DNA of 64,000 nucleotides from Candidatus Heimdallarchaeota archaeon (GTDB taxonomy: Archaea > Asgardarchaeota > Heimdallarchaeia > Heimdallarchaeales > Heimdallarchaeaceae), in assembly GCA_021399345.1 (NCBI GenBank), contig JAAFKI010000112.1, positions 1 to 64,000 on the forward strand, written 5' to 3'. Below the pieces are notes generated by a model. That model searched no databases. It was not told the origin of the DNA and worked only from the letters and a program-made list of their open reading frames with translations. This document shows positions 10,212 through 20,521 of the stretch, in pieces (positions within the stretch are counted from its first letter, which is position 1; each line of letters starts with the position of its first letter). A program made the position numbers and the translations under genes.

Positions 10212-11207
10212 ATGGATAAGCTGGAAATCCTTTTACAAACTTTCAAAGGACTAAATGATGAATATCCTCTTTTCAGTCTATGGAAGCATTTTCCGAATAT
10301 CGACAGAGATCCTTATCAGCTCGCTGAAACTCATGTAGAGTTCTATAATAAGCACAAATTTGACTTAATGAAAATATCTCCTCACGGTAGGTTCCCTGTT
10401 GTTGATTATGGATGTGTTATTGCAAAGGATTATGATCCCATTACAGGAAGTACAAGTTGTGAGAAATGCTGTATCGCGACGGTTGAAGACTGGGAATCAT
10501 TAGAACCCATAGATGTTGGAGAAGGGGAACTGGGTAAGCAACTAAAAACGGTAGAGTTAATCAACAAGGATTTAGAGAGTTTACCAAAAATGATGACTTT
10601 GTTTTCACCCTTAATGGTTGCTTCAAAAATGGACTGTGATTTAGTTTCAAACATACATCAAAAACCAAACACAATAAGAGAATCTCTATTTACAATAACC
10701 GAGGATATTATTGAATTTGCGAATGCATCAATTGATGCAGGTGCAGAAGGGATTTTTCTAGCATCTCAACACTTTAGAAAAACCGATTTAACATGGGAAG
10801 AAGTGTTAAAGTTTGAAATACCATTTATAAAGAAATTATTATCAAAAATAAAGAGCAAGGCTGAGTTCATCGTAATGCACGTCCATGGACAGGATATACG
10901 TTTCAAAGAAGCAGCTGAATTGATAGAAGTTGATGCCTTAAATTGGCATGACAGATTGACATGGCCGGGTATAGAAGAAGCAGCTGACATATTCCCAAAA
11001 GGATTACTTGCCGGTATTGATGAAACGAGAGCTTTAGTAGATGGAAAACCTGATGATATCAAGAATAATATCCTTGATGCTCTTAAAAAATCAACAGAGA
11101 ATGATAATAGAGTCATTATTGCACCAGGATGTGTAATTCCTATAACTGCTCCAGACGAAAATATCGAAATTATTTCCCAAACAGTTAAAAAAACTAGAAA
11201 AGGATAG
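10212..11207 (+). CDS. Uroporphyrinogen decarboxylase-family (UroD/MtbA-like) protein
   Basis: W.HFP..D N-terminus, AGAEGIF, MHVHG, C-terminal IIAPGC. Confidence 0.8.
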   Translation: MDKLEILLQTFKGLNDEYPLFSLWKHFPNIDRDPYQLAETHVEFYNKHKFDLMKISPHGRFPVVDYGCVIAKDYDPITGSTSCEKCCIATVEDWESLEPIDVGEGELGKQLKTVELINKDLESLPKMMTLFSPLMVASKMDCDLVSNIHQKPNTIRESLFTITEDIIEFANASIDAGAEGIFLASQHFRKTDLTWEEVLKFEIPFIKKLLSKIKSKAEFIVMHVHGQDIRFKEAAELIEVDALNWHDRLTWPGIEEAADIFPKGLLAGIDETRALVDGKPDDIKNNILDALKKSTENDNRVIIAPGCVIPITAPDENIEIISQTVKKTRKG

Positions 11208-11213
11208 AGGGGA

Positions 11214-11876
11214 ATGAGCATAGAAGAAAAAGAAGAAGAGATCATTATTGCTAAACAAGCAACTAGATTTGGGTGGAAAGATTTTATCGTCAACCTTCTT
11301 TTTAGCTTGATAATGATATCAAGTTTTGTTGTTTTTGTGATTTGGGATAGTCCTGCCAGTGATGATATTACAGATTGGTTACTAAGGATTGCAGTTACCA
11401 TACTTCCTCTGTTTATTTTTGTAAATAGAACAATTAAGGAATTTTTCTATATTAAAGACTTCATCAAAATCGTAGGCGTAGAAATACATTATCGTTCAAC
11501 ACCGCTTTTGATGACTGGATATAGGACAAAAAAAGGAAAAATACTAGTTAAAGAAATAAGAAGATATGGTTTGTCACGCATTCCCAGAAAACTATCATTG
11601 GATATGTGGAGAAAATATAGAAATAAAGCTATGCTTGTGATACAATTACGAAGTGGAAAAGAATTCTTTGTTGGTGAGTTCATTTCTAATGAAGATCTAT
11701 CAGAAATCGTACTTCACATCAAACATATGCACCCAAAAGCAAAGTATTCTTCAAACTTAAGAGAAGAAATTCCTGAATTAGCAAAGAAAGAAAAGGAATT
11801 AATAAAATCTAAGAAGGTTAAGAAGTTAGAGGATTTCGATGATGAACCTGAGGGCACAGGATATAGAAAACGATGA
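11214..11876 (+). CDS. Two-TM membrane protein with possible PH-like domain
   Basis: Two hydrophobic helices, then a beta-rich region ending in a helix (LVIQLRSGKEFFVG...DLSEIVLHIK). Confidence 0.55.
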   Translation: MSIEEKEEEIIIAKQATRFGWKDFIVNLLFSLIMISSFVVFVIWDSPASDDITDWLLRIAVTILPLFIFVNRTIKEFFYIKDFIKIVGVEIHYRSTPLLMTGYRTKKGKILVKEIRRYGLSRIPRKLSLDMWRKYRNKAMLVIQLRSGKEFFVGEFISNEDLSEIVLHIKHMHPKAKYSSNLREEIPELAKKEKELIKSKKVKKLEDFDDEPEGTGYRKR

Positions 11877-11923
11877 GAAGAATATCCTAGCTTTTATTAA
11901 TGAAATTCATAGATTGTAAATAG

Positions 11924-12988
11924 ATGGCAACTAACAAATCATCAAGATTTACTAGTGATAAAAGAAATATTGCTGTATTAGATTTTGGAGTGACATCACT
12001 TAAAATAGTAATAGTTGACCCTACTCATCCAGAAGAGCCGTTCCATTCCCAAAGAATTTATCTCCCATTAAGAACAAGAAAAGAGGAAGTTGAAGGAGAT
12101 CTAAAGACTATTCTACGATCTTATGCAGATTATAATATCGGAAAGTTTATTTTAACTACTACTAATCCTCTTTTTGCTTCAGCAAAAGAAACTGTGGAAT
12201 TCATTATTAATGCAGTTACTAAATTCATACAACCTTCGAATATTGTTCTTTACACACATGATGGAGAATTTGTATCTATTAAACAAGCTTTGGAAATTCC
12301 TTCTAAAGTGGTTTCAGTAGGATGGAAGGCACTTGGAATAGGATTATGGCAAATGATGAAGCAGGAAGGTTTGGTAGTTGATTTTTCAACAAGAACTACA
12401 AGTTTCATTCCTATTCGAGATGGAAAAATACTTTCCAACTCTAAAAACGACCATGATCGATTGAAGAACGATGAATTGGTTTTTTTGGGATTGATGGAAA
12501 CAAATGTAGCTTTTATCAATCCTGTTTTCGAGTATAATGGAGAAACATATAATCTCCCATTTGAAACTCACGCGATAACTGCGGACATTTTTACGATAAC
12601 AGGAGATATACGATCATCTGATTATATTACAAATACACCTGACAAAAAAGCAAAATTCAAAGAAGATGCCTTGAATAGATTGAAGAGCATGTTTTGTATT
12701 GTTGATGAATTTGTAGATGAACTAGACTTAATCAAAATCGCTCACTTATTAAAGGTGAGAATGCTTGAAAAAATCAATCAAATAATAGAAAAGAAGAAGG
12801 AAGAATATCAACTGAATAAAATTATTGTCACAGGAATTGGGGCGAATACTCTTTATCAATATCTATTGGAGAAGAATGAATATAGTGATTTATGTAGAGC
12901 AACAGATATTATTAAAACTGCAGAAATAAATCCTTCTTTTAGTTTAGCTTACATTTATGCTTCCAAAAAGATGATGACAAATGACTGA
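11924..12988 (+). CDS. Hydantoinase/oxoprolinase-family (MfnF-like, ASKHA fold) protein with degenerate motifs
   Basis: LDFGVTSLK, VVDFSTRTTSFIPI, DRL..ELVFLG..ETNV, TPD and VTGIG follow the MfnF/H4MPT-linked C1 protein layout. Confidence 0.7.
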   Translation: MATNKSSRFTSDKRNIAVLDFGVTSLKIVIVDPTHPEEPFHSQRIYLPLRTRKEEVEGDLKTILRSYADYNIGKFILTTTNPLFASAKETVEFIINAVTKFIQPSNIVLYTHDGEFVSIKQALEIPSKVVSVGWKALGIGLWQMMKQEGLVVDFSTRTTSFIPIRDGKILSNSKNDHDRLKNDELVFLGLMETNVAFINPVFEYNGETYNLPFETHAITADIFTITGDIRSSDYITNTPDKKAKFKEDALNRLKSMFCIVDEFVDELDLIKIAHLLKVRMLEKINQIIEKKKEEYQLNKIIVTGIGANTLYQYLLEKNEYSDLCRATDIIKTAEINPSFSLAYIYASKKMMTND

Positions 12989-14231
12989 AAGAGTAGATCT
13001 AAGAAATAGGATAAACGTGATGTTATTTCACTTTGATCAAAGATTAGGACCTAGACTACTGTTCAATGTAGCTGAAATACAAGACCCTAGAATAACTGCT
13101 TCTCTAACAAGACTTATGGATTTCAATTTTCTTCAAGAAATGAAAGCAATAGTCAATGCAATGGCAAATGTTGTTTATTCAAGTATGTTTTTCTCAATAC
13201 CAAATCCTATGGCAAGGGGAGGAGTTGAACAATTCATGATTTCATTTGTGATTTTTGACCCAACAATTACGGAATATCTTACAATATCATCACTCGAAGA
13301 GGAAATGTCAAAAACAATAAGCAAACTCATGATGCTTTCTGAAATGTTTATTATTATAACATATTCTAATCCAATTTTAGATGATTTTCCTGAAATTGAA
13401 AATTGCTTGAATGCATTAAGAGACAATGCAATAAACATTTTTCAAGAAATATTCTATGGGCAATTTGAAGGGGCTAAGGACGCAACTTCTCAAATTCTCG
13501 GGAAAATAGGCTATGAAGCAGGAAAACAAGTTTTACAACAAGTTCATGAAGATAAATTTGAAAATTTAAGGTCCTATTTAGATGCAATAGTACAATCTCC
13601 AATTATTTCTAGATGGGGAAATATCAACATACTTCATTTTGATCCAGGAGAAAAAGTAGCAACAGTATCACTTGATAGCTCTATCTGGACAGAATCTTTA
13701 GGAGTAATTGCAACTAAGACTTGTGCTTTTGTTGAAGGTATGCTTGAAGCAGTCTTTAGTAAAATTCTAGATGAGCATATCATCTGTGATGAGATGAGAT
13801 GTGCTTCTGAATACAGTTACGTAAAGGATTGTATTTTTCAAATAGCTCCAGGTGGATCAAATAGAGAAATCACTTCCCATAGAGAAGATCAAACAATCAG
13901 GGAAATGGCTATAGAAGATAGAGAAAAAACAATAGAGCACATTAGAGATGATATAGGGGAAAAGTTCTATTATGAATTTGATCCAATGATAAGACTAATT
14001 CAATTGTTTAACAAAGCACCATTCATATCCGATCATTTTATTCAAGAAACAGAAGAAGAGGTTAAGTTTCTTGTTGTTTGCAATTATTGGAGATACCCAA
14101 ATGACGTAATCTGTAATTCTTGTGAAAAGTGGATTAAAGATTCAAGCAAAGTCCCAATTAACTTGCTTAAGAGTAAACATAGGATATGCGAAATAACATA
14201 TGAAACAGAAGAAGACGAAAAGACCTCTTAA
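12981..14231 (+). CDS. Longin/uDENN-like domain fused to V4R domain
   Basis: N-terminal MLFHFDQRLGPRLLF and NPMARGG; central GKIGYEAGK, WG, C.FVEGML, E.RC and C.F V4R pattern. Confidence 0.7.
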   Translation: MTERVDLRNRINVMLFHFDQRLGPRLLFNVAEIQDPRITASLTRLMDFNFLQEMKAIVNAMANVVYSSMFFSIPNPMARGGVEQFMISFVIFDPTITEYLTISSLEEEMSKTISKLMMLSEMFIIITYSNPILDDFPEIENCLNALRDNAINIFQEIFYGQFEGAKDATSQILGKIGYEAGKQVLQQVHEDKFENLRSYLDAIVQSPIISRWGNINILHFDPGEKVATVSLDSSIWTESLGVIATKTCAFVEGMLEAVFSKILDEHIICDEMRCASEYSYVKDCIFQIAPGGSNREITSHREDQTIREMAIEDREKTIEHIRDDIGEKFYYEFDPMIRLIQLFNKAPFISDHFIQETEEEVKFLVVCNYWRYPNDVICNSCEKWIKDSSKVPINLLKSKHRICEITYETEEDEKTS

Positions 14232-14246
14232 AGAGACTAAAGGAAT

Positions 14247-14684
14247 CTATTCATTCAAAATTCTTTTTGCATAATCATAAATTAATAGATCATCACAAGC
14301 ATAAGAGGGAACAAATTTCTCTGCTCTCCTAGTCCATAGGGCTAGAAGCTCCTTATCAACTTGTTTCTTAATTATTAGAGTATTCAAAACTTTACAAGGT
14401 AATCTAGCAGCTAACAGAGGATTATCGTTTACTTCCCACGCTAACGAAAAATAACCTACAGCTACATCAACTTCATCCTTAATTACATGTAGTGTTCCTA
14501 AATAAAAATAGGATAATGAAGAGAGAGGAGAAGTTAGTGATAATTCCTGAAAGAAACGAAGAGCTGAATCAATGTCACCTCGTTGAATTAAATCTAATCC
14601 AAGGTTTACCAACTTCTGATATTCAAAATCATATAAACTAATAAAATTCTTAGATGTTTCTTCTTGTTTTTCGAGATTAAGCAT
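14247..14684 (-). CDS. Small TPR protein
   Basis: LVNLGLDLIQRGDIDSALRFF and YFYLGTLH...A TPR motifs. Confidence 0.7.
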   Translation of the reverse strand: MLNLEKQEETSKNFISLYDFEYQKLVNLGLDLIQRGDIDSALRFFQELSLTSPLSSLSYFYLGTLHVIKDEVDVAVGYFSLAWEVNDNPLLAARLPCKVLNTLIIKKQVDKELLALWTRRAEKFVPSYACDDLLIYDYAKRILNE

Positions 14685-14790
14685 GATTACTTTCGATAAA
14701 GAGTCTAGAAGTTCACTATATAAGCACCAAAGAATTTTTTTGCCAGTTCTAGATGAAATAGATATAAGTGTTTTAACTTAGCTCTAGATT

Positions 14791-15567
14791 ATGGCGCTTA
14801 CAAAGAAAGCAATAATCTTAATTATTTTGGCAAGTTCAGCCGTAGCTGTGACCGCAGTAGTTGTTCCAACAGCTGTAGTCATTGTTAATAAAAACTCAAC
14901 AATCAATTTCACTCTTTTATATAACGCTGGTGTTATGATAGAAGCTAAGGGATTGAGAATTTACATAGATCCTTATATTTTGCCAGACAATTATAGTGAT
15001 TATCCTGCGGATGCAGTGCTTATAACTCACGATCATACAGATCACTGTTCAAGTACGATGTTACAACTAATAGAAAAAGAGGATACACAATTCTTTTTCC
15101 CAGAAATCATGACTTCTTTCATTACCTGGTTTAATGGAACAGGAGTCAAACCTGGAGACACTTTTAATATTGGACCAATTACAATAACAGCCTTCTACAT
15201 GTATACTTTTGCTCCTATAGGTTATGTCTCTAGTCATCCTCAAGAGAGTAATTATACTAGCTACATAATAGATATTGATGGATTCACATTCTTCCATGCA
15301 GGAGATTCATCAAACATTCCAGAATATTCTCAGTTAACTGATTTAATCGATGTTGCCTTGTTACCTTTAGGACCAGGATGCCAAACTATGGTAGATCAAG
15401 ATGTGGTCAATGCTATCGATACAATAAATCCAGAATATTTCATACCTATTCATTATGCAGAAGGAGCGGATGCAATTTTTCTAAATAATTATGGCACAGC
15501 TATAGAAAACTGTGGTTGCGAAATAGTTCATCTAGATTATTTTGAATCAACCAAATTCAAAACATAA
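14791..15567 (+). CDS. Membrane-anchored or secreted metallo-beta-lactamase-fold hydrolase
   Basis: N-terminal hydrophobic helix; THDHTDH, FHAGD, PIHY. Confidence 0.88.
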   Translation: MALTKKAIILIILASSAVAVTAVVVPTAVVIVNKNSTINFTLLYNAGVMIEAKGLRIYIDPYILPDNYSDYPADAVLITHDHTDHCSSTMLQLIEKEDTQFFFPEIMTSFITWFNGTGVKPGDTFNIGPITITAFYMYTFAPIGYVSSHPQESNYTSYIIDIDGFTFFHAGDSSNIPEYSQLTDLIDVALLPLGPGCQTMVDQDVVNAIDTINPEYFIPIHYAEGADAIFLNNYGTAIENCGCEIVHLDYFESTKFKT

Positions 15568-15593
15568 ACAACCCAAAGCGTAGAACTATAAAT

Positions 15594-16613
15594 TTATACT
15601 CCCCGCTCTTTTTTATTTTTCAAATACCAGTTATAGGTTTCTGTTAGAGCTTTGCCAAATGTTTTTTTACTAGTAATCCCCAGTATTTTTTCGATTTTCT
15701 CTGTATTTACAATCCTAGTTTTTCCCATTTGTTTTACTCTATATCTATCCAATAGGGGTTTTTTCTTGAAAAGTTTCCATTGTAGCTCTCCAAAGAAACC
15801 AATAAGCATAGCAATGTTATAATTTAGGTAAAAGGAATTAAATTTTGTTTGGCAGATTCTAGCAACTGTTTCAAATAGTTCTTGTCTTGTGATTGTGTAA
15901 TTAGTGTGATTGAATATTTCCCCTCTGGCCTTATCTACTTCAGCCATTTTAATCAATGCTTCAACAACATCTTCAACATAACTATAAGAAAAAGTTACTT
16001 CTCCTTTGTTGATAAAGGGGATTTTTCGATTACTTTCAACTAAATTGAATATAATAGAGGCCCAGTGATCTCCTGGACCAAAGACGATAGGAGGTCTTAA
16101 AGATGAAGCGTTAAAACCAAATTCTTCAGCGTACTTGAATACTTCTTTTTCTCCCAAATATTTACTTTCCCTATATCCTGGGATCAAATCAACTCTATAA
16201 GTTTCATCTATAGGATGATCTGGCAAGTTGAAGCCATAAACACCAGCTGTAGACATATAGATGAACTTCCTTGAACCAGCTCTAACAAACTCATCAAGCA
16301 GATTCTTTGTTCCAATATGATTTATTCTGTAAAAACTAGGCAAGGGAGAAAGATCATCTACAACAGCTGCTAAATGAAAAACTGATTCAACACCATCTAA
16401 ACAGCCTATCAAGCTTTCTTTCGAATCAAGATCCCCTAAGAAGAAATCTATATCGTACTTATCTAAGGTCATACATTTCTCTTTTTCGCTAGGAAGGACC
16501 AACGCTGATATTCTTTTGTCCAGGTATCTTTTCCTGATTTCCTTCACTAGATTAGTACCTAGGAAACCAGTTATACCAGTTATGAGTATTGACATTATAA
16601 ATGGTAGAATCAA
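15594..16613 (-). CDS. NAD-dependent epimerase/dehydratase (3-beta-HSD-like extended SDR)
   Basis: TGITGFLG, FHLAA, YRESK (YxxxK), LRPPIVFGPGD. Confidence 0.92.
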   Translation of the reverse strand: MILPFIMSILITGITGFLGTNLVKEIRKRYLDKRISALVLPSEKEKCMTLDKYDIDFFLGDLDSKESLIGCLDGVESVFHLAAVVDDLSPLPSFYRINHIGTKNLLDEFVRAGSRKFIYMSTAGVYGFNLPDHPIDETYRVDLIPGYRESKYLGEKEVFKYAEEFGFNASSLRPPIVFGPGDHWASIIFNLVESNRKIPFINKGEVTFSYSYVEDVVEALIKMAEVDKARGEIFNHTNYTITRQELFETVARICQTKFNSFYLNYNIAMLIGFFGELQWKLFKKKPLLDRYRVKQMGKTRIVNTEKIEKILGITSKKTFGKALTETYNWYLKNKKERGV

Positions 16614-16681
16614 CTTTCAGAATAAAAATACTTCTACTAACCAATTGTTTTACATAAAAAGAGGAAAGAAAAAGAAGAGTT

Positions 16682-18214
16682 TTATTCTTTCTTGAATATT
16701 TTTCGAAGGCCAATCACAATAAGACCTTTTTCTCTTCCAGATAGTTTTTTGTAATCTATCCATTCTACTTCATTTAATATTTTCTTGAAATTTAATTTGT
16801 CTGGTTTCTCCTTAGTTGAAAGACTGCTTAATCTTTGGATCATCCACTCGAAGCTTAAAACAAAGTTAAATCTAGCCCATACCCAAACAATAAGATCAAA
16901 GAATAGAACCGTAATGAAAGCGAGAAGCAGAACCCAGTATTCTCCACCTTGACCAAATTCATCAGCTAATAAATTGACAGTTTTGAATGCTGGATTAAAG
17001 ATAGCATATGGAACAAGATGATAGATTTGTAAAACGAAAATTGACAAAGAGAGAACACCCCAAATTCTGAAATATTTGACAATAATTCTATTTCCAAATT
17101 TCTGAGATTTTCCTCTATATTCTACAAGCCAGAGAAGAAGAGTCATCAATCCTACCTGACTAGCTAAAAGCATGAAGAAAAATGGAAATGTCGGGCGTTC
17201 AAAATTGATATCAAAGTGCATAAAAGTAGCAGTTATACCCCCTATTGCACCCAGAATAATAGTAGTGAGTAAACCCCATAGAGGTAATCTCTTAGGTGGT
17301 TTTTCCATTGCTAAAACAATACCGAAACCTACTCCAACAAGGGAAGTTATTAAATAGGGAAACAGAGGGTAATAGTCTCCAGTTAAAACCATCATTAGAT
17401 ATGTTCCAAAACTTGCATTTTCAACTTGCATATCCATACTTGGCCACGTAAGGTGATATGCATTTTCAGATGCGGATGCAGGAATAAGCCAGTTTATCTG
17501 TTCTGAAGCATACCACAAGAAGGGAGTAGAAACTGCTATAACAACAATTAATCCTAGAACAATAAACAAATTCCTTTTCACTTTCTTATATCCATCATTT
17601 CTATTTAAGAAGAAAAGAACAATAGCAATAATTATCATAAGATAACCTATTATTTGAAGGGCTTCCATACGGAAGATTTGAGTCCAGATCTTTGACACTA
17701 TATTTGAATCTGCTAAAAGAGCATATTGTTCTAAAGACTCCACTCCTTCTAAGTTGGAAATCCAAGTAGAAGCCATGAAAGGTATTCTCGTTTTGATTAG
17801 AGTTCCGAAATAGCCATAATAACCAAAAGATTCAGCTATAAAACCAGCAATAAGAATCCCAAAACCAGTTAGAATCTGTTTAAGAAAGACTCTAGATGTA
17901 GCATCACCTCTTGAAACTCTTTTTACAAAAGAAACAGTATTTACTACCCCTGAAACAAGGATAAAGATTCCTACCCAATTACCAAAAAATCCCGAAAAGA
18001 GGATAAAGATGGCAAAAAAGGGATTAGTAATTTGAAAAATATTTTCAATCCCTGCTTCAAAAACCCAGTCATAATTATACTTATGATTGAAAACATGAAG
18101 GAAAACCATCATCCAAATAGCTAAACCCCTAAGGAAGTCAATAGAAGCGATACGCTTCATCTTCTTAGAAGAATTTACTTCTTTGGTACTTAAATCTGTA
18201 CTCAATTTAACCAC
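16682..18214 (-). CDS. Polytopic membrane protein, HGSNAT/DUF1624-like acyltransferase family
   Basis: RIASIDFLRGLAIWMMVFLH N-terminal motif and about 10 TM helices. Confidence 0.7.
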   Translation of the reverse strand: MVKLSTDLSTKEVNSSKKMKRIASIDFLRGLAIWMMVFLHVFNHKYNYDWVFEAGIENIFQITNPFFAIFILFSGFFGNWVGIFILVSGVVNTVSFVKRVSRGDATSRVFLKQILTGFGILIAGFIAESFGYYGYFGTLIKTRIPFMASTWISNLEGVESLEQYALLADSNIVSKIWTQIFRMEALQIIGYLMIIIAIVLFFLNRNDGYKKVKRNLFIVLGLIVVIAVSTPFLWYASEQINWLIPASASENAYHLTWPSMDMQVENASFGTYLMMVLTGDYYPLFPYLITSLVGVGFGIVLAMEKPPKRLPLWGLLTTIILGAIGGITATFMHFDINFERPTFPFFFMLLASQVGLMTLLLWLVEYRGKSQKFGNRIIVKYFRIWGVLSLSIFVLQIYHLVPYAIFNPAFKTVNLLADEFGQGGEYWVLLLAFITVLFFDLIVWVWARFNFVLSFEWMIQRLSSLSTKEKPDKLNFKKILNEVEWIDYKKLSGREKGLIVIGLRKIFKKE

Positions 18215-18395
18215 TTCAAGAATTAACGAAGAAAATTCTGTCTACAGCTATAAAAATCTAATCCAAAAGATTGGTCATGGTATAATTTGCATGAAACCAA
18301 TACCTTGTCGTACTTAGAATCGTTTGAGGCTAGGTTGTGGTTAGCAACAGTTAAATATTATACTCGTGAAAGTCGTTCCATTAGAGGGTAAGATT

Positions 18396-19406
18396 ATGAC
18401 TAGAGATGTATCCTCACCAAACTACATCAAAAAAATAGCTTCAGCAGCTTATCCAGCTTTAGCGATGTTAGCAGGTGTTGATCTTGGTGTTTTTGCTGCA
18501 TTAAAGAATAAACCTATGAAAGCTAAGGATATTGCAACTACCCTTCGTGTAAAACAAGACAAACTAGAACCCTTACTCTATGCTCTTGTAACTGCAGAAT
18601 TGCTAAGATTAAATGATAATCTCTTTTCAAATACAAGGGAAGCTAATCAGTTTTTGATTCCTAATGCTTCATCATATATAGGAACTCATCCATTTCTCAA
18701 TCCGCTGATAATGTGGTGGGGTTATTATGGAGCTCTAAAGACTGCAGACACAATTAGAACCGGATCCCCCGCCCTAAAATATGATTTTGCTTCTAAATCG
18801 GAAGAAGAATTGAAGCAAGACTTTCAACACACTCAACCTATTGCTGTAAGAGCTGGACGTGAGCTAGTAGATAAATTCGATTTTTCCTCTTATCAAACAG
18901 TAGTAGATGTTGGAGGTGGACCTGGTGGACTATCTATCGCTATTACTGAATTGTTACCTAATATCAAGGCAACAATAATAGATATCGCTTCAGTTACTCC
19001 AGTCTCACGATGGTTTGTGGAGCAAGCAGGATTGAGTGATAGAATTCAAGTTGTTACCGCTGATGCTGTTACTGGACCATTAACTGGTCAATATGATTTT
19101 GCAATCTTAAGAGCATTCATCCAAGTACTTTCTCCAGTCGATGCGCTCCAGTCACTCAAAAATGTCTACTCTATTATAAAGCCAGGAGGAAAGCTATACA
19201 TAGTAGGGCACATTCTAGACGACACCTACATCTCCCCACTTGAAGAAGTCTGGCATAAGCTCGGTAGTTTTAACTATTATGAAGTTCCATCACCCTATAC
19301 TGAGAAAGAACATCGAGAGTGGTTACTCAAGGCAGGTTTTACACAAATTGAAAGAAGCTTCTTACCTAATGATGATGGAGTAATCGTTGCACAAAAACCA
19401 TTTTAA
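18396..19406 (+). CDS. SAM-dependent O-methyltransferase (Methyltransf_2 with dimerisation domain)
   Basis: VDVGGGPG motif, N-terminal helical dimerisation domain, KPGGKL. Confidence 0.9.
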   Translation: MTRDVSSPNYIKKIASAAYPALAMLAGVDLGVFAALKNKPMKAKDIATTLRVKQDKLEPLLYALVTAELLRLNDNLFSNTREANQFLIPNASSYIGTHPFLNPLIMWWGYYGALKTADTIRTGSPALKYDFASKSEEELKQDFQHTQPIAVRAGRELVDKFDFSSYQTVVDVGGGPGGLSIAITELLPNIKATIIDIASVTPVSRWFVEQAGLSDRIQVVTADAVTGPLTGQYDFAILRAFIQVLSPVDALQSLKNVYSIIKPGGKLYIVGHILDDTYISPLEEVWHKLGSFNYYEVPSPYTEKEHREWLLKAGFTQIERSFLPNDDGVIVAQKPF

Positions 19407-19417
19407 AAGATTAAAAA

Positions 19418-19438
19418 AAAAGAGAATTTTTCTCTTTT
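19418..19438. terminator. Inverted repeat, likely bidirectional terminator
   Basis: AAAAGAGAA-TTT-TTCTCTTTT between the convergent methyltransferase and fhs remnant. Confidence 0.55.
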
Positions 19439-19444
19439 GTCTTT

Positions 19445-20311
19445 CTAATTCAATCCTATAATTTCTCCATCTTCTGTGTAGTCCATTTTGTTAGCAGCAG
19501 GAACTGGAGGTAATCCAGGCAACAAGAACATGCTTCCACAAACAGGAACTATAAATTTAGCACCAGTATAAAGACGAACTTCGTCTACATTTAGAGTCCA
19601 ACCTTTTGGAGCACCCATTAAACCTATTTTATCAGAAAGACTTAGTTGGGTCTTAGCCATACACATTGGGAAGTCAGCAAAACCTAGTTTTTCAATGGAT
19701 GCAATTTCCTGTAAAGCTCTAGGTGTGTATTCAACTTCTTCTGCTCCATAAACTTTCTTAGCGATTTTCTCAATTTTAACTTTGATAGGATCAGAGAATT
19801 CGTAGGCGAATTCAACATTGCCTTTACCCTTTTCAATTGCTTCTAAAACTGCTTCAGCTAAAGCGATACCACCTTCACCACCTTTCATGAAAACTTCACT
19901 TTCAGCAGCAGTAACGCCAAGAGATTCACATTTGTTTTTAATCCATGCCATTTCTTCATCATTGTCAAATGGGAAGCGGTTAATAGCAACAACAGGAGGG
20001 ATGTTGAAGACATTGAGCATATTGTCGAGATGTTTTTCAACATTTTCGAAACCTTTGGCAAGAGCATCTAGGTTTTTGATTTTAGCTTCATCAAGGTCTT
20101 TGATACCACCATGGAGCTTAAGAGCTCTTGCAGTAACAACGAGAACAACAGCGTTAGGTAAGGTATCATATTGACGAGCAACAATATCAACGAATTTTTC
20201 GAAACCTAAGTCAGCGGCGAAGCTACCTTCAGTAATGGTATAATCTGCTAATTTAAGGGCAAGTTTTGTACCAATAATAGAACTGTTACCATGAGCGATA
20301 TTAGCAAAGGG
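19445..20311 (-). pseudogene. fhs: Headless 3' half of formate--tetrahydrofolate ligase (288 codons plus stop)
   Basis: Open frame PFANIAHGNSS...DGEIIGLN collinear with intact fhs; in-frame stop at 20324-20326 and no start codon before the homology; EGSFAAD replaces EGGFAAD. Confidence 0.9.
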
Positions 20312-20521
20312 TAGTTGAAAGAATTATTAAAAACCACCAAAAGAAATCTTGCTCAAAAGTGAAACAGATTTTAGTTGAGTTAACACTATTAGAGAAAGAA
20401 TAAAAAACCTAAATGGCAAATACTGATGGTTTTTATACCCAAAATCACAGTTTTTAGAATTTCTTTTAAAGCAATAAGAGAATCTGTTTTTTGACACAAC
20501 TAATTTAAGGAAGGATAAAAA

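Noticed and set aside
10766-11401. 211 aa minus-strand ORF and other shadow ORFs (e.g. 3289-3519, 25431-25931, 36440-36997, 46704-47165, 50832-51347, 53647-54015)
   Set aside because: They are antisense to well-supported genes, have the S/I/F-rich composition typical of reverse-frame shadows, and show no motifs.
19445-20020. 191 aa ORF as an independent functional gene
   Set aside because: It starts at an internal Met of fhs; homology continues upstream to 20311 and the N-terminal ATP-binding half is missing.
19445-20311. fhs duplication as an assembly artefact
   Set aside because: The copies differ at many synonymous and some non-synonymous sites in a structured way, unlike a duplicated identical repeat. 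A strain chimera through the identical tract cannot be excluded without reads.
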